Source of the DNA: Malacoraja senta | Taxonomy: Eukaryota | Length of the DNA stretch: 64,000 bases | Assembly: GCA_038087875.1 (NCBI GenBank) | Contig: CM075998.1 | Span: forward strand, 4,032,001 to 4,096,000 | Reading direction: 5' to 3' | Part shown: piece by piece, positions 61,374 through 64,000 of the stretch | Layout of the letters: each line of letters opens with the position of its first letter | How positions within the stretch are numbered: the first letter of the stretch is position 1 | Notes under the pieces: generated by a model | What the model was told of the DNA's origin: nothing | The model's input: the letters and a program-made list of their open reading frames with translations, nothing else | Database searches by the model: none | Made by a program: the position numbers and the translations under genes

Positions 61374-62069
61374 GTAAAACAAAAGAAATAACAGACTGAA
61401 TGTGGAAAGCGGTCAACCATTGCATTAAAATGTAATAGTGTAGCAAGTTTTTTCACTCTGTGTTTCTCATACATTGTAGGAGTTTAGTTTTGAGATACAG
61501 CTTAGAGTTTAGAATTAATCCAGAAGTAGATACTTTATAGGAAATGTAATCGGCACACAGTAATGCGATCATTTTTTTGTCACCCAAAGAGTTGCACATG
61601 CAATCTTAATGTTGGCTAGATGCCTCGGGGACATCAACAGCCCAACCAAGTTTCCGTTTCCTTTCACAGTATCGTACTTCATATATATATATTTTTTTAA
61701 ACCCGTACATCAATTATTTAGTATAATTGGTTACTGCTATTTTTTTTCTTGGTTCAGGTCTGCTTTTCTAGGATTGTCAGTGTGTTGATGGCGACTGTGG
61801 CCACCAGCGTCTTGACTCTTCGGTTGCCTGAGTAAATATCGAAACAAAGTGTAGACAATTGGAGTCGGAGTAGGCCACGTGAACCTGCCCTACCATTCAA
61901 TACATCATGGCTGATCATCCAAATTCAGTAGGTAGACAAAAATGCTGGAGAAACTCAGCAGGTGCAGCAGCATCTATGGAGCGAAGGAAATAGGCAACGT
62001 TTCGGGCCAAAACCCTTCTTCAGCCCAAATCCAAATTCAGTATCCAGTTCCAGCTTTCATCCTAAATTA

Positions 62070-63430
62070 TAGAATCATGTTGCGTGGAAACAGGCCCTTG
62101 TCCACATCGACCAACGTGCCCACCTGCCTGTTTTTGGCCCATATCCCTCTAAACCTGTCCTATCCATGTACCTGTCTCATTTTTCATAAACGTTGCAATA
62201 GTCCCTCCCTCAACTACCAGCTCGTTCTATACACCCACCACCCTTCGTGTGAAAAGGCTCCTATTAAATCTTTTTCCCCTCACCTTAAACCTATGTCCTC
62301 TGTTTCTCAATTCCCCTACTCCGGGCAAGAGACTCTGTGCGTCTACCCAACCTATTCCTCTCACGATTTTGTACATATCCATAAGATCACCCCTCATCCT
62401 CCTGCGCTCCAAGAAAGAGTCCTAACCTGCTCAACCTCTCCTTATCGTTCAGGAACTCGAGTCCTGGCAACATCCTCAAATCTGCTCTGCGCCCTTTCCA
62501 GCTGGAGAACATGTTTCCCATAACATGGTGACCAGAACTGAACACAATACTGTTAATGCGGCCTCACAAATGTGTTATATAACTGCAACATGACCTTCCA
62601 ACTTCCGTACTCAATGCTCTGACTGATGAATGGCAATGTGCCAAAAACCCTTTTGACCATTCTATCTTCCTGTGATGGCAATTTCAAGGATCTATGTACC
62701 TGCACTCCTATATCAGTCTGAAGAAGGATCTCGACCCGAAATGTCACCCTTTTTCTTCTCTCCAGAGATGCTGCCTCTCTCGCTGAGTTACTCCAGCTTT
62801 TTGTGTCTACCTGCGATTTAAACCAGCATCTGCAGTTCTTTCTTGCACTCCTATATCCCTCTGCTCCACAACACTCCCCAGAGCACTACCATTCACTGTG
62901 TAGGTCCTGCCCAAAGATCCTATAGCGAAGCAAGATAGATCACTCCTTCTAAATGCAATGGGCTGACGTGTAGTACGCAACGGAGCGGAACGTGGCCTTT
63001 TTTTCATCCGTTTCAGTAACCCGACCCAACCCGACTCGCAGTGTAATCAACGTTGCGGGGGAACAGTTTGTCGTTAATAAATTATAATTCTGAAAATGAG
63101 GAGAAGATTTTTACCAAAGAACTTTTATTTTTACGAGGATGTTTCCGTAACCGGCTTCCGTCTCCGCACTAGTATCTTTGGGATCTTTGGTGCGGAGACG
63201 GAAGCCGGTTACGGAAATGGGGCCGAAAATGACCCATGAATCTGCCCATGACCGTACTACGTCTTTTTCGTAGAGTGGGCTATCTTGCTCGCTATAGGAT
63301 CTTTGGTCCTGCCCATGTTGGACTTCCCAAAATGCAACACCTCACATTTCTCTGTATTAAATTCCATCACCTATTCCTCAGCCCACCTGCCCAACGGATC
63401 AAGATCATGCTGCAGTTTTTGACAACTCTT
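62070..63430 (-). mobile_element. CR1 LINE fragment interrupted by a PLE-A repeat (62715-62843) and a DNA MITE (62912-63305)
   Basis: Minus ORFs ERRRMRGDLMDMYKIVRG, MLQLYNTFVRPH, YTVNGSALGSVVEQRDIGVQ; PLE TSD tgcactcctatatc (62701-62714 and 62844-62857). Confidence 0.82.
62912..63305. mobile_element. Non-autonomous DNA transposon with 8-bp TSD (P- or hAT-type)
   Basis: TIRs caaagatcctatagcg(a)agcaagatag / ctatcttgctcgctataggatctttg; TSD gtcctgcc (62904-62911 and 63306-63313). Confidence 0.88.
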
Positions 63431-64000
63431 GATCCCTGTGGCTCAAAAAAACAGTATCTGTCTTCTTGATTATATTTTATGAACCAAAACAAGAGGAACA
63501 AAGTACGACTCCCACGTGTAGATTTTGAGAGAACGACTTTAACCTAATGACCGTAGATAAGGAATCAATGTTGTGTTGATTTGCCATTCTGCCAGAGGCT
63601 GTAGGTGCTGCATTAAATGTGCTCGGCTAATTAACACTGCTGATGGCATTGGTCGATGCCTGCCTTGCTTTCCACAAACACTGGATTGCTAACCTATGAC
63701 AATTGCTTTAGGATTTGGATCTGGATACTTCATGGAGACCTAAATCGAACACTATGTATTATGCACAACAAAATTGATTGATGGGGGAATTAAACTATTC
63801 CAGGACATAAGAAAAGAGGGCCGATCTGAGTGAGATGTTGTGAAAAATTCATCCAGCTGCTGCATTTCATAGAATGTCTTGGTACGGAGCCATCAGGGGG
63901 AAGAAAAAACCCAATTTAACCACTACCAATCCCGAAACACGCCTGGTAATACTGATAGTGACATAAAGCAAGGTATCTCTGGCCACTGTTTATGTGCATT

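Noticed and set aside
61772..61831. Next R3HDM2 coding exon
   Set aside because: Acceptor-like site, but the translation (DCQCVDG...) stops after 19 codons and does not resemble the expected DIIQLHISCP-type sequence.
1..64000. miR-128-like hairpin (hosted by paralogs R3HDM1 and ARPP21)
   Set aside because: No mature-sequence match noticed. The tcacagtga words at 28176 and 58867 lie in a repeat stem and diverge immediately, and the host intron in paralogs is far downstream.

Overview
Non-coding-rich vertebrate genomic DNA. The repeat landscape (CR1/HER1 LINEs, V-SINE/HE1, SacSINE1-like DeuSINE) points to a cartilaginous fish, probably a skate or ray; this is inferred. The window holds the 5' part of R3HDM2 on the + strand: three phase-0 coding exons (49796-49960, 60665-60706, 61284-61373; 99 aa), a probable 5'UTR exon (46237-46448) and candidate upstream exons in a TE-poor block near 20.2-26.6 kb. 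The rest is intron packed with decayed mobile elements: CR1, Rex1-like, L2, L1, Vingi, RTE-like, Penelope-like elements (PLEs), a DD34E Tc1, Harbinger-type MITEs, an 8-bp-TSD MITE and Helitron 3' ends, plus a 200-N gap. The most notable signals are RNA-level: minimal hammerhead motifs in two PLE repeat subfamilies with structure-preserving differences, two 66-bp tandem arrays built from the hammerhead 3' half, a ~200-bp TSD-flanked Vingi-tailed element whose 5' end folds like an HDV ribozyme, and a PLE-Vingi chimera inserted inside the acceptor of the start-codon exon. Family names and orthology are recognised from memory, not from database searches, and most repeat boundaries are approximate.
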